From positions 157 to 64,156 of the IMG/VR virus record IMGVR_UViG_3300016484_000881: DNA of 64,000 bases. One strand, written 5' to 3'. The first letter of the stretch is position 1, and each line of letters opens with the position of its first letter. A program made the position numbers and the translations under genes. The notes beneath the pieces are model-generated. The model ran no database searches, had not been told where the DNA came from, and was given only the letters and a program-made list of their open reading frames with translations. The stretch comes from a virus. Its lineage: Duplodnaviria; Caudoviricetes. Shown here one piece after another: positions 10,088 through 19,332 of this stretch.

Positions 10088-10837
10088 ATGTCTGAACCTA
10101 TCAAGTCCGTTCTTTTTAGCGGCAAGACCTACTCAGAAGCTGATCTTGCTAAGATGCAGGAAAAAGATCTTCTTGAACTTCGCAATCTTGTGGCTGTGAA
10201 TCTTGGCGCATCAAAGATCAATGCTTTCAAGGATCTCGAAGCTGCAAAGAAGCTGACCTGGAGTGCTTTGGTCAAATTCGCAGAATCAAGCGATGACGAC
10301 CTTGCCTCGAAAGAAACCAAGGCGGAAGCTAAGGAAAAGAAGGCCAAAGAAAAGAAGGAGAAGGTTCCTCCTGGATATCTGAAGTCTATTGTTCCTAAGC
10401 GGCCGACCAAGAAGCAGTTCTCCAAGATCAAGAAGCTGCGTAACCCGGTTGAGGGCAGTGATCGCTCGTTCGCTTGGCCAGACTACAAAGATGGTATGAC
10501 AGTTCTTGACACCATGCTTGATCCGAAGTTGCATCACGACAAGGTCTATTGGTGGGCAAGCCGAAACCCTCCCTATATTCAGTTGATCGAGCCAACTGAA
10601 GAAGAGTACCAAGCGGCTCTTGCTAAGTTCTATAAGGATCAGGGTATCCAGGATCCAGCCGCAGAACGTAATGCCAAGAAGGCTGCTCGCGCTAAGGAGA
10701 AGGAAGAGAAGAAGGCAAAGCGCGAGGCTGAAAAGGCCGCAAAGAAGGCTGAAAAGGAAAAGGCTTCTGAAGAAGCTAAGGCAAAGCGCGAGGCTGAGGA
10801 AGCCAAGACTGCCAAGCCAGTTCCGTCTGCTGCCTAA
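10088..10837 (+). CDS. Hypothetical protein with Lys/Ala/Glu-rich low-complexity tracts (possible DNA-binding)
   Basis: RBS GGAG; AKKAA/EKAAKK repeats; central YKDGMTV domain. Confidence 0.7.
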   Translation: MSEPIKSVLFSGKTYSEADLAKMQEKDLLELRNLVAVNLGASKINAFKDLEAAKKLTWSALVKFAESSDDDLASKETKAEAKEKKAKEKKEKVPPGYLKSIVPKRPTKKQFSKIKKLRNPVEGSDRSFAWPDYKDGMTVLDTMLDPKLHHDKVYWWASRNPPYIQLIEPTEEEYQAALAKFYKDQGIQDPAAERNAKKAARAKEKEEKKAKREAEKAAKKAEKEKASEEAKAKREAEEAKTAKPVPSAA

Positions 10838-10847
10838 GAGCAGCAAG

Positions 10848-11762
10848 ATGAATGATCTGGTGAAAGCTGGAGAGTTCTTTTCGTTCATGTTAGAACGTGA
10901 ATTGATCCGTCTTCGAAAGAAGGCGGATCAACCGTTTCCATGGACTGAAGATTCAATTCTCCAAACATACAAATTCACGAATGTTCGCCGCTGGCATGAT
11001 CGCACGACGACATTTCTACGCGAGATTTTTTATTCCAAGCACGTGGATGCAGATCGCAAAGAGATTTTGATGAATTGTGCTCTGTTCCGCTATTTTGGGA
11101 CATCAGAGTTTGCTGACGTTATCGGCTGGCAGAAGTTTGATGATTTTAGGTTCCAGGACATTATAAACATTGCTCAGCAACGGCTCGCTGGTGGAAAACG
11201 TGTCTTCACTGGTGCCTACGTCATCACCAATCAAGGTATTAGTGCTCCCAAACAAGAAGTAGTAGTTAATCATTTCCTGAAAGCTCTCCATGAGAAAGCT
11301 CAAGAAATTTGTGAACTTGTTGAAACTGAAGGATCTTGGAAAAGAGTCGTTCAACTAATGTCATCGATCAACGGTTTTGGTGGCACAGGATTCATGGCGA
11401 AGGAAATTCTTCTTGATACTATGATGACGAATTTCTGGCTTGTGCCAGAAACTGAAGAACAGAAGTTCTTTGAAGGATGCAAAGTTTCTTATCCAGTAGA
11501 CTATGACACTTGGACTCCGATTGGTCCAGGAGGACTCCGTGGTGCAGCTCGCATCCTTGGGCATAACGACCCAGAAGGTGTCCTTAAGCAAGACAAGGCA
11601 CTGGAAGTTATCTTGAAATTAGCAGACAAACAAGGGTTGTTCTGGCCATCTATCTATGGTAAGTTATATCCAACTGATTTGCAATTTCAGCTTTGTGAAT
11701 TTGACAAGTACGAAAGAGTTCGTCTTGGACAGGGAAGACCACGTTCTAAATATCAGCGATAG
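10848..11762 (+). CDS. 5-hmdU DNA kinase-like protein (aGPT-Pplase1 / HMUDK helical domain)
   Basis: WTEDSILQTYKFTNVRR and CEFDKYERVRLGQGRPR motifs; GPGGLRG; neighbours dUMP hydroxymethylase; start at ATG 10848. Confidence 0.8.
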   Translation: MNDLVKAGEFFSFMLERELIRLRKKADQPFPWTEDSILQTYKFTNVRRWHDRTTTFLREIFYSKHVDADRKEILMNCALFRYFGTSEFADVIGWQKFDDFRFQDIINIAQQRLAGGKRVFTGAYVITNQGISAPKQEVVVNHFLKALHEKAQEICELVETEGSWKRVVQLMSSINGFGGTGFMAKEILLDTMMTNFWLVPETEEQKFFEGCKVSYPVDYDTWTPIGPGGLRGAARILGHNDPEGVLKQDKALEVILKLADKQGLFWPSIYGKLYPTDLQFQLCEFDKYERVRLGQGRPRSKYQR

Positions 11763-11773
11763 GGAATAACTCA

Positions 11774-13027
11774 ATGAAGATCTGTATTGCACTTCACCAG
11801 TGCATGGACCTTGGTGGAATTATAAATCACACAGAAAATTTGATTGCTGGACTTGCTCATCTTGGTCATGATGTCCATTTACGAGAAATGGTTTGGAAAG
11901 AAAAAGTTCAAGATCAGCGGAAATCAGGTGATGATGAAAGTGTAACTGGAATCTTTTTCAATCAAGGAAATGGTTGGTGTTTTCCAGAGCACATGAGAAT
12001 TCCGTACAAAGGATCTAGACTAAACTCTGCAGTTCAGAAGTTGCGAGCTTATGATCTTGTGATTTGGACTATCCCGGTTCCACCAAAAAACAAAGACAAC
12101 ATTGGGAACACTGATTGGATTCATCTTCATGATCTTCCAAGCACGAAGCAGATTGCTTTTTCTCATGATGGAAACGCTTCTGTGAATTATCCCCATATTC
12201 TAGCAATTTCAGAAAAGCTCGATGGTCTGGCTTGTGTTCATCACTGTGCGCTCAACACTTGTGAATTTGTTCCAGTACCAAGAGCACTGATTCTAAATCC
12301 ACAAAAAGATCCCGATAGACACATTCCGGACTACTCAGACAGAATGAAAGGATGGGTTTCAGCGCAGACGTTTAAGGCTTGGAAGAGAGTTCATGAGCTT
12401 GTCGGTGCGGTTCGCTTTATGCCAAAAATAGGTCCAGATGAACGTCGACTTCTAATAGGCAAAGGCATTGAATATCAGTACATGACCTCTGAAGATAAAT
12501 GCAAGGATGCCTACTATCATGCAGATGGTGCCAAGTTTTGGGAAGCTGCAATCGCTAACGGCATGGAACATGAAGAGTATCAACCGTACGAAATAATTGA
12601 AGAGCTTTTCAGTAGCACGCTGACTGTTGTTGATCCAAGTTGGTCAAAGCGGTACTCATCTATGGGAGGTCATTACAATCGTGTCGTTGTTGAAGCAATG
12701 ATTAATGGTGCTGTTCCAATCGCTAGGAAGATGGGTATGGGAAATGAAATCTTCGAAGCTGGGAGGAACTATGTTGAAATTCCTGAAGGTGCTGATCATC
12801 ATCAGTACGCTGATGGAGTAATGGAAGCGTCTTTTATGTCGAGGAGAAAATGGGAAGAGTTTACAAAGAATAACCTTGAAGTTGTGAAGCAATTTGATAG
12901 AACTAAAATTGCGCAACAGGTGATAGATCTAGCTTATGGCAATATTCCAACTCTAACTGGATTTCCAAGCAAGAGCCTCTCAGAGAAATCCTCAGTCATT
13001 CTTTCTGATCATTATGGAGTTATCTAA
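11774..13027 (+). CDS. GT-B fold glycosyltransferase, probably acting on DNA or a nucleotide
   Basis: N-terminal GGIINHTENL...LGHDV and C-terminal VVVEAMINGAVPI motifs. Confidence 0.75.
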   Translation: MKICIALHQCMDLGGIINHTENLIAGLAHLGHDVHLREMVWKEKVQDQRKSGDDESVTGIFFNQGNGWCFPEHMRIPYKGSRLNSAVQKLRAYDLVIWTIPVPPKNKDNIGNTDWIHLHDLPSTKQIAFSHDGNASVNYPHILAISEKLDGLACVHHCALNTCEFVPVPRALILNPQKDPDRHIPDYSDRMKGWVSAQTFKAWKRVHELVGAVRFMPKIGPDERRLLIGKGIEYQYMTSEDKCKDAYYHADGAKFWEAAIANGMEHEEYQPYEIIEELFSSTLTVVDPSWSKRYSSMGGHYNRVVVEAMINGAVPIARKMGMGNEIFEAGRNYVEIPEGADHHQYADGVMEASFMSRRKWEEFTKNNLEVVKQFDRTKIAQQVIDLAYGNIPTLTGFPSKSLSEKSSVILSDHYGVI

Positions 13028-14106
13028 TGCGAGTCATTGAAGCAAGAAACGTTCATCAAGCTCTACCATTGGGCATGGGATTGTTGGTAGATCATGGAAT
13101 CTTTCGCGATAGCAGGAACGGTCAAGTTCTTGTTGCAGACGGTCCTGTGACCACTGTTTACGACAAGCCCAAGGAGAGGGTGATCTTCTGGCCTGAAAGA
13201 GACGCAAATCCATTCTTTCATTTCATGGAAGGATTGTGGATGCTCGCTGGGCGAAACGATGTGAAATGGATTTCTCAGTTCAGCTCAAACATCAAGAATT
13301 ACAGCGACGACAGGTTGACCTTTCATGGTGCCTACGGTCACAGATGGATCAATCACTTCAATAAGGAAGTGATTCTTGCAACCAAAGAGATTGATGGGGT
13401 TGCTGGTTCGACTTGGGTTCCATTCAATCAACTTGAAGCTATCGCTGAGATTCTGAAAAAGAACAAAGACGATCGTCGCGCTGTCCTTCAAATGTGGAAC
13501 GCCGAAGATGATCTTGGGAAAGAAGGTAAGGACTTCCCCTGTAATACACAGATCTACTTCAGTGTAGATGAAAAGAATCTTCTTAACATGAGCGTCTGTA
13601 ATCGTAGTAACGACATCATCTGGGGAGCGTATGGAGCGAATGCTGTTCACATGTCCATGCTTCAGGAATTTATGGCAGCCTGGATTGGGGTTGAAGTCGG
13701 TCGTTATTGGCAGATCAGCAATAACTATCATGCGTACACTGAAGTTTTTGAAAAGCATAAGAGTTTGATTTCAGATCGTCATATTGGTACGTTCGAAATA
13801 GATCCATATCAGTACGGACGCAAGGGAAGGCAAGCCGTCTCGCCGTTCCCAATGGTGAACAAGCCAGTTGATGTTTGGATGAGTGATCTAACTCTGTTCA
13901 TGGAACAAGGACCAGTGACTGGATTCAATGACGTATTCTTTCGTCGAGTAGTCAATCCAATCTGGAATTCGTGGTTTGCATATAAGAACAAAGAAAGCGG
14001 TAGTTATATTGAACAGGCTCTTGCTCATCTTGAAGGATGTGTGGCGACTGATTGGCAACTCGCTTGCAAAGAATGGCTTGAAAGAAGGAAGGATAAAAAT
14101 TCATGA
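13027..14106 (+). CDS. Thymidylate synthase-family dUMP hydroxymethylase
   Basis: DFPCN catalytic Cys; RSNDIIWGAYGAN with Asn (dU-specific position); RDANPFFH motif. Confidence 0.85.
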   Translation: MRVIEARNVHQALPLGMGLLVDHGIFRDSRNGQVLVADGPVTTVYDKPKERVIFWPERDANPFFHFMEGLWMLAGRNDVKWISQFSSNIKNYSDDRLTFHGAYGHRWINHFNKEVILATKEIDGVAGSTWVPFNQLEAIAEILKKNKDDRRAVLQMWNAEDDLGKEGKDFPCNTQIYFSVDEKNLLNMSVCNRSNDIIWGAYGANAVHMSMLQEFMAAWIGVEVGRYWQISNNYHAYTEVFEKHKSLISDRHIGTFEIDPYQYGRKGRQAVSPFPMVNKPVDVWMSDLTLFMEQGPVTGFNDVFFRRVVNPIWNSWFAYKNKESGSYIEQALAHLEGCVATDWQLACKEWLERRKDKNS

Positions 14107-14507
14107 AGATTTACATTGCTGCAAAATATGCTCGTAGGTACGAACTGAGATCTCTTGTTGAGAAATTGAAAGAAATCGGCCACGAAGTTACTTCTCAGTG
14201 GATTTACGATAGTGAACCAGAAAAAAGCATTAAAGAAGCTGCTGAGAGGGATATCAATGATGTTCTTGCTGCTGAATGTCTTGTTTTCATTGGTGAGCCT
14301 CAGGCTTCAGAGAATCGTGGTGGTGGTCGTTGGTTTGAATTTGGGTTTGCTTATGCTAAGGAGAAGAGGTGTATTGCAGTCTTGAGTATGGATCCATCCA
14401 AAGGTGGACACGACCATCTACCTATCGGTCATGAAAGCGTTTTTACTGCTCTTCTTTGTGTGGAGATAGTTCATAGCCAAGAAGAATTGTTAAGCAAACT
14501 TTCTTAG
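14103..14507 (+). CDS. Nucleoside 2-deoxyribosyltransferase-like protein
   Basis: KIYIAA, DINDVLAAECLV, EFGFAYA motifs. Confidence 0.65.
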   Translation: MKIYIAAKYARRYELRSLVEKLKEIGHEVTSQWIYDSEPEKSIKEAAERDINDVLAAECLVFIGEPQASENRGGGRWFEFGFAYAKEKRCIAVLSMDPSKGGHDHLPIGHESVFTALLCVEIVHSQEELLSKLS

Positions 14508-14511
14508 TCAA

Positions 14512-14599
14512 GGACGGGTGCTCGAGAGGTTAAAGAGGACAGACTGTAAATCTGTTGCACTTCGGTGCTACGAAGGTTCAAATCCTTCCCCGTCCACCA
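14512..14599 (+). tRNA. tRNA-Tyr(GUA)
   Basis: Acceptor GGACGGG/CCCGTCC + A + CCA; anticodon arm ACAGA-CTGTAAA-TCTGT; long variable arm GCACTTCGGTGC; T-arm GAAGG-TTCAAAT-CCTTC. Confidence 0.95.
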
Positions 14600-14611
14600 A
14601 AGGAGTTAAGC

Positions 14612-15163
14612 ATGAGTCATAACAGAGGTTGCTTTTTCTGTGGTCGCGATATATGGGAATATGATGGTTGTGATCATGGAGAGGACTGTGTCAAAAAGGA
14701 TTTTAGTAAAATGTTAGAGAAACCAATCAATACAGAATTTGTGAATGATCGTCAAGTTGGAGGAAACCACTACAAGACCTCTTATGAACATTGGGATTGG
14801 GTGATCGACAACAACATGGGATATCTTGAGGGTTGTGCAACGAAATACGTTTCTCGTTGGAGGAAGAAGAATGGTGTGCAAGATCTAGAAAAAGCTGCTC
14901 ACTACATTCAAAAAATAATTGAATCTTTTGAGAAAGGAAAATATCCCTCTGCTGATTCTCGAATCCGTGATCAGAATATTAAGGATAACGCTCTGAGATC
15001 AAATAAGTTTGACTTAGCAAATGAGCTGCAATACGAGGAAGGTCTTATTTGTTGGACACTTTCTAGTTGGCGAGAAATTGAATCCCTGCTGATTGCTCAG
15101 AAAATGGTGAATGCTTTGTTACAGACCGCAAGGGACGCCGCTGGTTTGCAAAGTAAGGGCTAG
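14612..15163 (+). CDS. DUF3310 (SaV-like, putative nucleotide kinase) protein
   Basis: QVGGNHY, YLEGCATKYVSRWRKKNGVQDLEKAAHY; RBS AAGGAG; track start 14555 falls inside the tRNA. Confidence 0.75.
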   Translation: MSHNRGCFFCGRDIWEYDGCDHGEDCVKKDFSKMLEKPINTEFVNDRQVGGNHYKTSYEHWDWVIDNNMGYLEGCATKYVSRWRKKNGVQDLEKAAHYIQKIIESFEKGKYPSADSRIRDQNIKDNALRSNKFDLANELQYEEGLICWTLSSWREIESLLIAQKMVNALLQTARDAAGLQSKG

Positions 15164-15302
15164 GCACCTATGCCCGGTGTGTGCTGGTTTTGCGCTTGTG
15201 GCGTGGCCGTAGGGCTTTGCAGCCCTGCCCTAGCCTAGTTGGTTAGTGGCAGCCACGCCGTAGCGCTCATTTTAATGGTTCTGTAAAAAGGAATAAAGTA
15301 GA

Positions 15303-17366
15303 ATGGCAATTCGGAAGAAAACTGATGTGAATAAAGGCGGATCAGTTCAAATGAGTTTCTTCATACCAGAATGCAACTGGAAGCCTACTCCTGTTTCTGA
15401 GCTTCCTTCCTGGGTTGGTGCGAAAAGAATTTCCATAGATTGTGAAACGAAAGATCTCGATCTCAAAGATCTCGGTCCAGGCCCAAGGAGAGGTGGATAC
15501 ACTACCGGGTGGGCGTTCAAAATTGAAGATGGACCGAAGCACTATCTGCCAATGAGGCATGAAGGCGGAGACAACCTTCCTGAAGAAGAGGTTCTTCGAT
15601 ATCTTCGACATAATCTGAAAAATTTTTCTGGAGAGATTGTTGGTGCCAACCTTTCCTATGATATTGATTATGCTGCCACTGATAATATCAAGTTTCACCC
15701 TGAAGTTAAGTTCAGGGATATTCAGATCGCAGATCCTCTTATTTATGAGCTACACAGATCATATTCTTTGAAGGAAATTGGCAATAGATGGGGAGTTCAA
15801 GGCAAAGAAAGTTCTATCATGGAACAGGCTGCTCGTGCAACTGGTCTTGATCCGTGGGCTGGTATGTGGCGTCTTCCTGCTAGATACGTTGGTGAATATG
15901 CAGAAAACGATGTTGACGCTCCATTGAAAATTTATGAGAAACAGCGTGAAAGAATTTCGAAAGAAGAACTTTGGAAAGTTTTTGATTTAGAAAGTAAGCT
16001 TCTTCCAATTCTTGTGAAAATGCGTCAGAGAGGGATACGCATTGATTTTAAGAAACTGGAAGAAATTGAGCGCTGGTCTTTGAAAGAAGAAACTGAATCT
16101 CTTCAACTGGTTAAGCTTCAAACAGGAGTTAGAGTAGAAGTTGGTGAAGTTTGGAAACCAAAGATCATTGCTAGAGCATTAACAGAAATTGGAGTTCGAC
16201 TAGGAAAAACAACAACTGGAGCTCCACAAATTGACAAAGAACTATTAGAAGGTCTTGATCACCCTGTTGCAAAAGCTATTCTTCATGCAAGAAAAGTTAA
16301 TAAAATAAGAACGACATTTGCAGCATCAATTCGTCGTTATTCAACTAACGGAAGAATACACTGCACTTTCAACCAAATAGCGAGGGAAGATGAATCTGGA
16401 GATCAGAAAGGCGTAAGATACGGCCGACTTTCAGCAACTGATCCTAATCTTCAACAACAGCCTTCTATGGATAGAGATCCAATGATTGCTGGAGAATGGA
16501 GAAAGATTTTTCTTGCAGAAGAAGGTGCTGTTTTCGGAGTAAACGACTTTTCCCAACAGGAACCTAGGTGGACAACTCACTTCGCGGCCTTGCTGAATTT
16601 ACCAAAAGCCCAGGAAGCTGCAAGGAGATACCGAGACAATCCTCTAACCGATAATCATGAGATGATGACTCGTCTAATTCACGGTGATGAACAGGTTGAT
16701 GCATGGAAGACAAATGATCCGAAACTCTTTAAAGTTAATCGCGGTTATTCGAAAAACATTTTCCTTGGACTCTGCTATGGAGAAGGAGGCGCAAAACTCT
16801 GTCAGGACATTGGTAAACCTACTCGTTGGGCACTTATTAAGGGATTTGGCACCAGTAAAGAAGTCTCTTATTTTGAAACACGAACAGAGGCTTGGCGGCG
16901 TCGATCAGAAGACGGCATTGGTACGATTCGAGAAGTCGCAGGTCTCGAAGGCCAAAATATTCTCGACAGGTTCGATGAGGAGGTTCCGTATGTTAGGGCC
17001 GTCGCGAGAGCGGCGAGTGCGAGGGCAGAATCAGTAGGATATGTTAAAACCATAGCGGGACGTCGTCTTCACTTTGAACAAAGACCGGATGGTAGCTATG
17101 ATTGGACTCACAAAACACTGAACCGAGTAATTCAGGGTTCATCCGCAGATCAAACAAAACAAGCAGTCATCGATATGGATGAAGCGGGGTATTTTATTCA
17201 ATTGCAAGTTCATGATGAAAATGACGGAAGTTACGCGACGGTCGCTGATGCAAAAGCTGCCGGGCAAATCATGAGAGAATCAGTTTTGAAAATTGTCCAA
17301 CCCTTGGTTCCATTCGTTGTTGACACAGAAGTTGGCCCATCTTGGGGAGAATTGAAGGCAGCATGA
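15303..17366 (+). CDS. DNA polymerase family A with 3'-5' exonuclease domain
   Basis: IDCET exonuclease motif; GRLSATDPNLQQ, DFSQQEPR, KNIFLGLCYG, QVHDE. Confidence 0.95.
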   Translation: MAIRKKTDVNKGGSVQMSFFIPECNWKPTPVSELPSWVGAKRISIDCETKDLDLKDLGPGPRRGGYTTGWAFKIEDGPKHYLPMRHEGGDNLPEEEVLRYLRHNLKNFSGEIVGANLSYDIDYAATDNIKFHPEVKFRDIQIADPLIYELHRSYSLKEIGNRWGVQGKESSIMEQAARATGLDPWAGMWRLPARYVGEYAENDVDAPLKIYEKQRERISKEELWKVFDLESKLLPILVKMRQRGIRIDFKKLEEIERWSLKEETESLQLVKLQTGVRVEVGEVWKPKIIARALTEIGVRLGKTTTGAPQIDKELLEGLDHPVAKAILHARKVNKIRTTFAASIRRYSTNGRIHCTFNQIAREDESGDQKGVRYGRLSATDPNLQQQPSMDRDPMIAGEWRKIFLAEEGAVFGVNDFSQQEPRWTTHFAALLNLPKAQEAARRYRDNPLTDNHEMMTRLIHGDEQVDAWKTNDPKLFKVNRGYSKNIFLGLCYGEGGAKLCQDIGKPTRWALIKGFGTSKEVSYFETRTEAWRRRSEDGIGTIREVAGLEGQNILDRFDEEVPYVRAVARAASARAESVGYVKTIAGRRLHFEQRPDGSYDWTHKTLNRVIQGSSADQTKQAVIDMDEAGYFIQLQVHDENDGSYATVADAKAAGQIMRESVLKIVQPLVPFVVDTEVGPSWGELKAA

Positions 17367-17530
17367 GATCAGTGTTGATAGAAACCTTTGATGGTGTCGA
17401 GAATATTTCTAGAACTGACTATTACTTTACTAGAATAGATGATATAATCTTTCTAGATAGAATGTTAGTTCTTGAAAAGAAAACTAAGAGGCACAAGGCA
17501 CAGGTAAACTTTCAAAAAAAGTTACTCTAG
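17363..17530 (+). CDS. Small hypothetical protein
   Basis: ATGA overlap with polymerase stop. Confidence 0.5.
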   Translation: MRSVLIETFDGVENISRTDYYFTRIDDIIFLDRMLVLEKKTKRHKAQVNFQKKLL

Positions 17531-17643
17531 AATTGATAATAGAATTTATGGAGTAAAAGAAGAGCCAGACATTCCTAGCGAAGTTTCTAGCATGGCGCTA
17601 GATCAGTTTCGAAAAAATCTTAAATTTGAAAATGGAAAAAACT

Positions 17644-18219
17644 ATGACACAGTATGGCATATCCGAAGAAAATTCTGACAGACACGTAATGATTGATATA
17701 GAGACCTTCGGTACGACACCGGGTTGCGTTATTAGATCTATCGGTGCTGTTTTCTTTAATCCAAAGGGACACCCTGAGAAATCTCTTGGGCCAGAGTTTT
17801 ATGTGAATATTCGAGAAGAAGAACAACTCGAACTTGGCGCAGTCAAAGATGAAAAAACTGTCAAATGGTGGAATCGCTGGGACAACAAGAAAGCTCAAGA
17901 GCAGCTTCTGGTTGATCAGAAAAGTTTCGAAACAGCTTATAATCTTTTTTGCATGTTCATAAAAGGGAATAACGGAAAATTCATGTGGGGCCAAGGAGCG
18001 AATTTTGATTCAGTTCTTCTTGAGGATCTCATGAGAAAAGCTGGTTATCAAGTACCATGGCAGTTCTATAATATTCGTGACACAAGAACTATTTATGAAG
18101 CTGCTGAAATTGACACAGAGTGTGTTCAAAGACCAGGAACATTTCACAATGCTCTCGATGATGCGAAACATCAAGCTAGGCTAGTTCAGAAATCTTTTGC
18201 ACGAATCGCGCTAATCTAG
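17644..18219 (+). CDS. DEDDh 3'-5' exonuclease (DUF5051/Rv2179c-like)
   Basis: VMIDIETFG, WGQGANFD, RDTRT, HNALDDAKHQA; start codon uncertain (17626-17644). Confidence 0.85.
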   Translation: MTQYGISEENSDRHVMIDIETFGTTPGCVIRSIGAVFFNPKGHPEKSLGPEFYVNIREEEQLELGAVKDEKTVKWWNRWDNKKAQEQLLVDQKSFETAYNLFCMFIKGNNGKFMWGQGANFDSVLLEDLMRKAGYQVPWQFYNIRDTRTIYEAAEIDTECVQRPGTFHNALDDAKHQARLVQKSFARIALI

Positions 18220-18228
18220 GAGAAAGAC

Positions 18229-18744
18229 ATGACAGATTTTGGTATTGAATCACTTCTAGAATTCAACAAAGCATTTAATGTTTTCACAGGAGACCCAGAT
18301 AAACCAGAAGTTCCTAAGTCAACTGATAGTCACACGAAAGCAGATCTTCGGAATTACACAGAACAAGCTGTGAAGTTCGGTAAAGAACTAAAGCAACTCG
18401 CGGCGAATGCAAAAGAACGTGGTGACGATAACGGAGCTCTTATTCTAATTCGTCTTCAACTCATCCAAGAAGAACTTTCTGAACTAGCAGAAGCTTTCTG
18501 TTTTGAATCGATAGTAGATTCTTACGATGCACTCGTTGATTTGAGCTATGTCGTAGATGGAACGTATCTCACTCTTGGGCTGCATAAAAAGAAACTTGCT
18601 GGATACACTGAAGTTCATCGTTCAAACATGAGTAAGTTAGACGACAACGGGAAACCAATAATTTCGAGTGCAGGTCGTGTAGTCAAAGGACCAAACTATA
18701 GCATACCGAGACTAGATCTTGTTTTAGAGGCAGACTATGATTAA
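18229..18744 (+). CDS. MazG-like all-alpha NTP pyrophosphohydrolase
   Basis: LIQEELSEL, DALVDLSYV, EVHRSNMSK, GRVVKGPNY. Confidence 0.85.
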   Translation: MTDFGIESLLEFNKAFNVFTGDPDKPEVPKSTDSHTKADLRNYTEQAVKFGKELKQLAANAKERGDDNGALILIRLQLIQEELSELAEAFCFESIVDSYDALVDLSYVVDGTYLTLGLHKKKLAGYTEVHRSNMSKLDDNGKPIISSAGRVVKGPNYSIPRLDLVLEADYD

Positions 18745-18796
18745 CAAGAGTTCTTGGAAATGCTCATCCGCCAATCAAGTTAGAGGTCCATAAATC

Positions 18797-19300
18797 ATGA
18801 GCATACTCAGTGCACAGACTATTCGTCACAAGTGCCAATACGAAAGTCTCATTCTTCCTTTCTGTGAAAGAACCGCATTTATGGGACTTTCATTTGGGTT
18901 GAGCCCTTGTGGTTACGACGTTCGAGTTGAGTTTGACAAAGAGGGAAAGCTAGAATACCAGATCATGTATCCTGGAGCTTTTCTTCTTGCTTCGACGATT
19001 GAACGTTTCAGAATGCCGAAGAATCTCGTTGGTTTTGTTCATGACAAGTCAACTTGGGCCAGACGAGGAATTGCAGTTCAGAATACAGTCATTGAACCCG
19101 GATGGGAAGGATATCTAACTCTTGAACTCACGAATCATGGTTCAAAAGGTATTCGTATTGATCGTGGTGTGGGAATTGCCCAAGTCGTATTTCATAAACT
19201 CGATGAAGACACAAATCAGCCCTATGAAGGTAAATATCAGACTCAGAGTAGAGGTCCTGTTAGAGCTCTAAAAAGTTTGACTGAAAGTCCTGACTTGTAA
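18797..19300 (+). CDS. dcd: dCTP deaminase
   Basis: GYDVR, DKSTWARRG, IEPGWEGYLTLE, IAQVVF, YEGKYQ. Confidence 0.9.
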   Translation: MSILSAQTIRHKCQYESLILPFCERTAFMGLSFGLSPCGYDVRVEFDKEGKLEYQIMYPGAFLLASTIERFRMPKNLVGFVHDKSTWARRGIAVQNTVIEPGWEGYLTLELTNHGSKGIRIDRGVGIAQVVFHKLDEDTNQPYEGKYQTQSRGPVRALKSLTESPDL

Positions 19301-19332
19301 TTAGAAGCTGCCACTGGTAAGGTATAAAATTC

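Noticed and set aside
10620-10847. N-terminal extension of the HMUDK ORF in the track
   Set aside because: Overlaps the upstream Lys/Ala-rich gene out of frame; ATG 10848 is the plausible start
14555-14611. Track start of the DUF3310 ORF
   Set aside because: Lies inside tRNA-Tyr; AAGGAG RBS supports ATG 14612
17514-17680. Possible +1 frameshift at an A7 run extending the 17363 ORF (…SYSRIDNRIYGVKEEPDIP…)
   Set aside because: Open frame without a start exists, but there is no recognisable domain or homologue evidence; inconclusive
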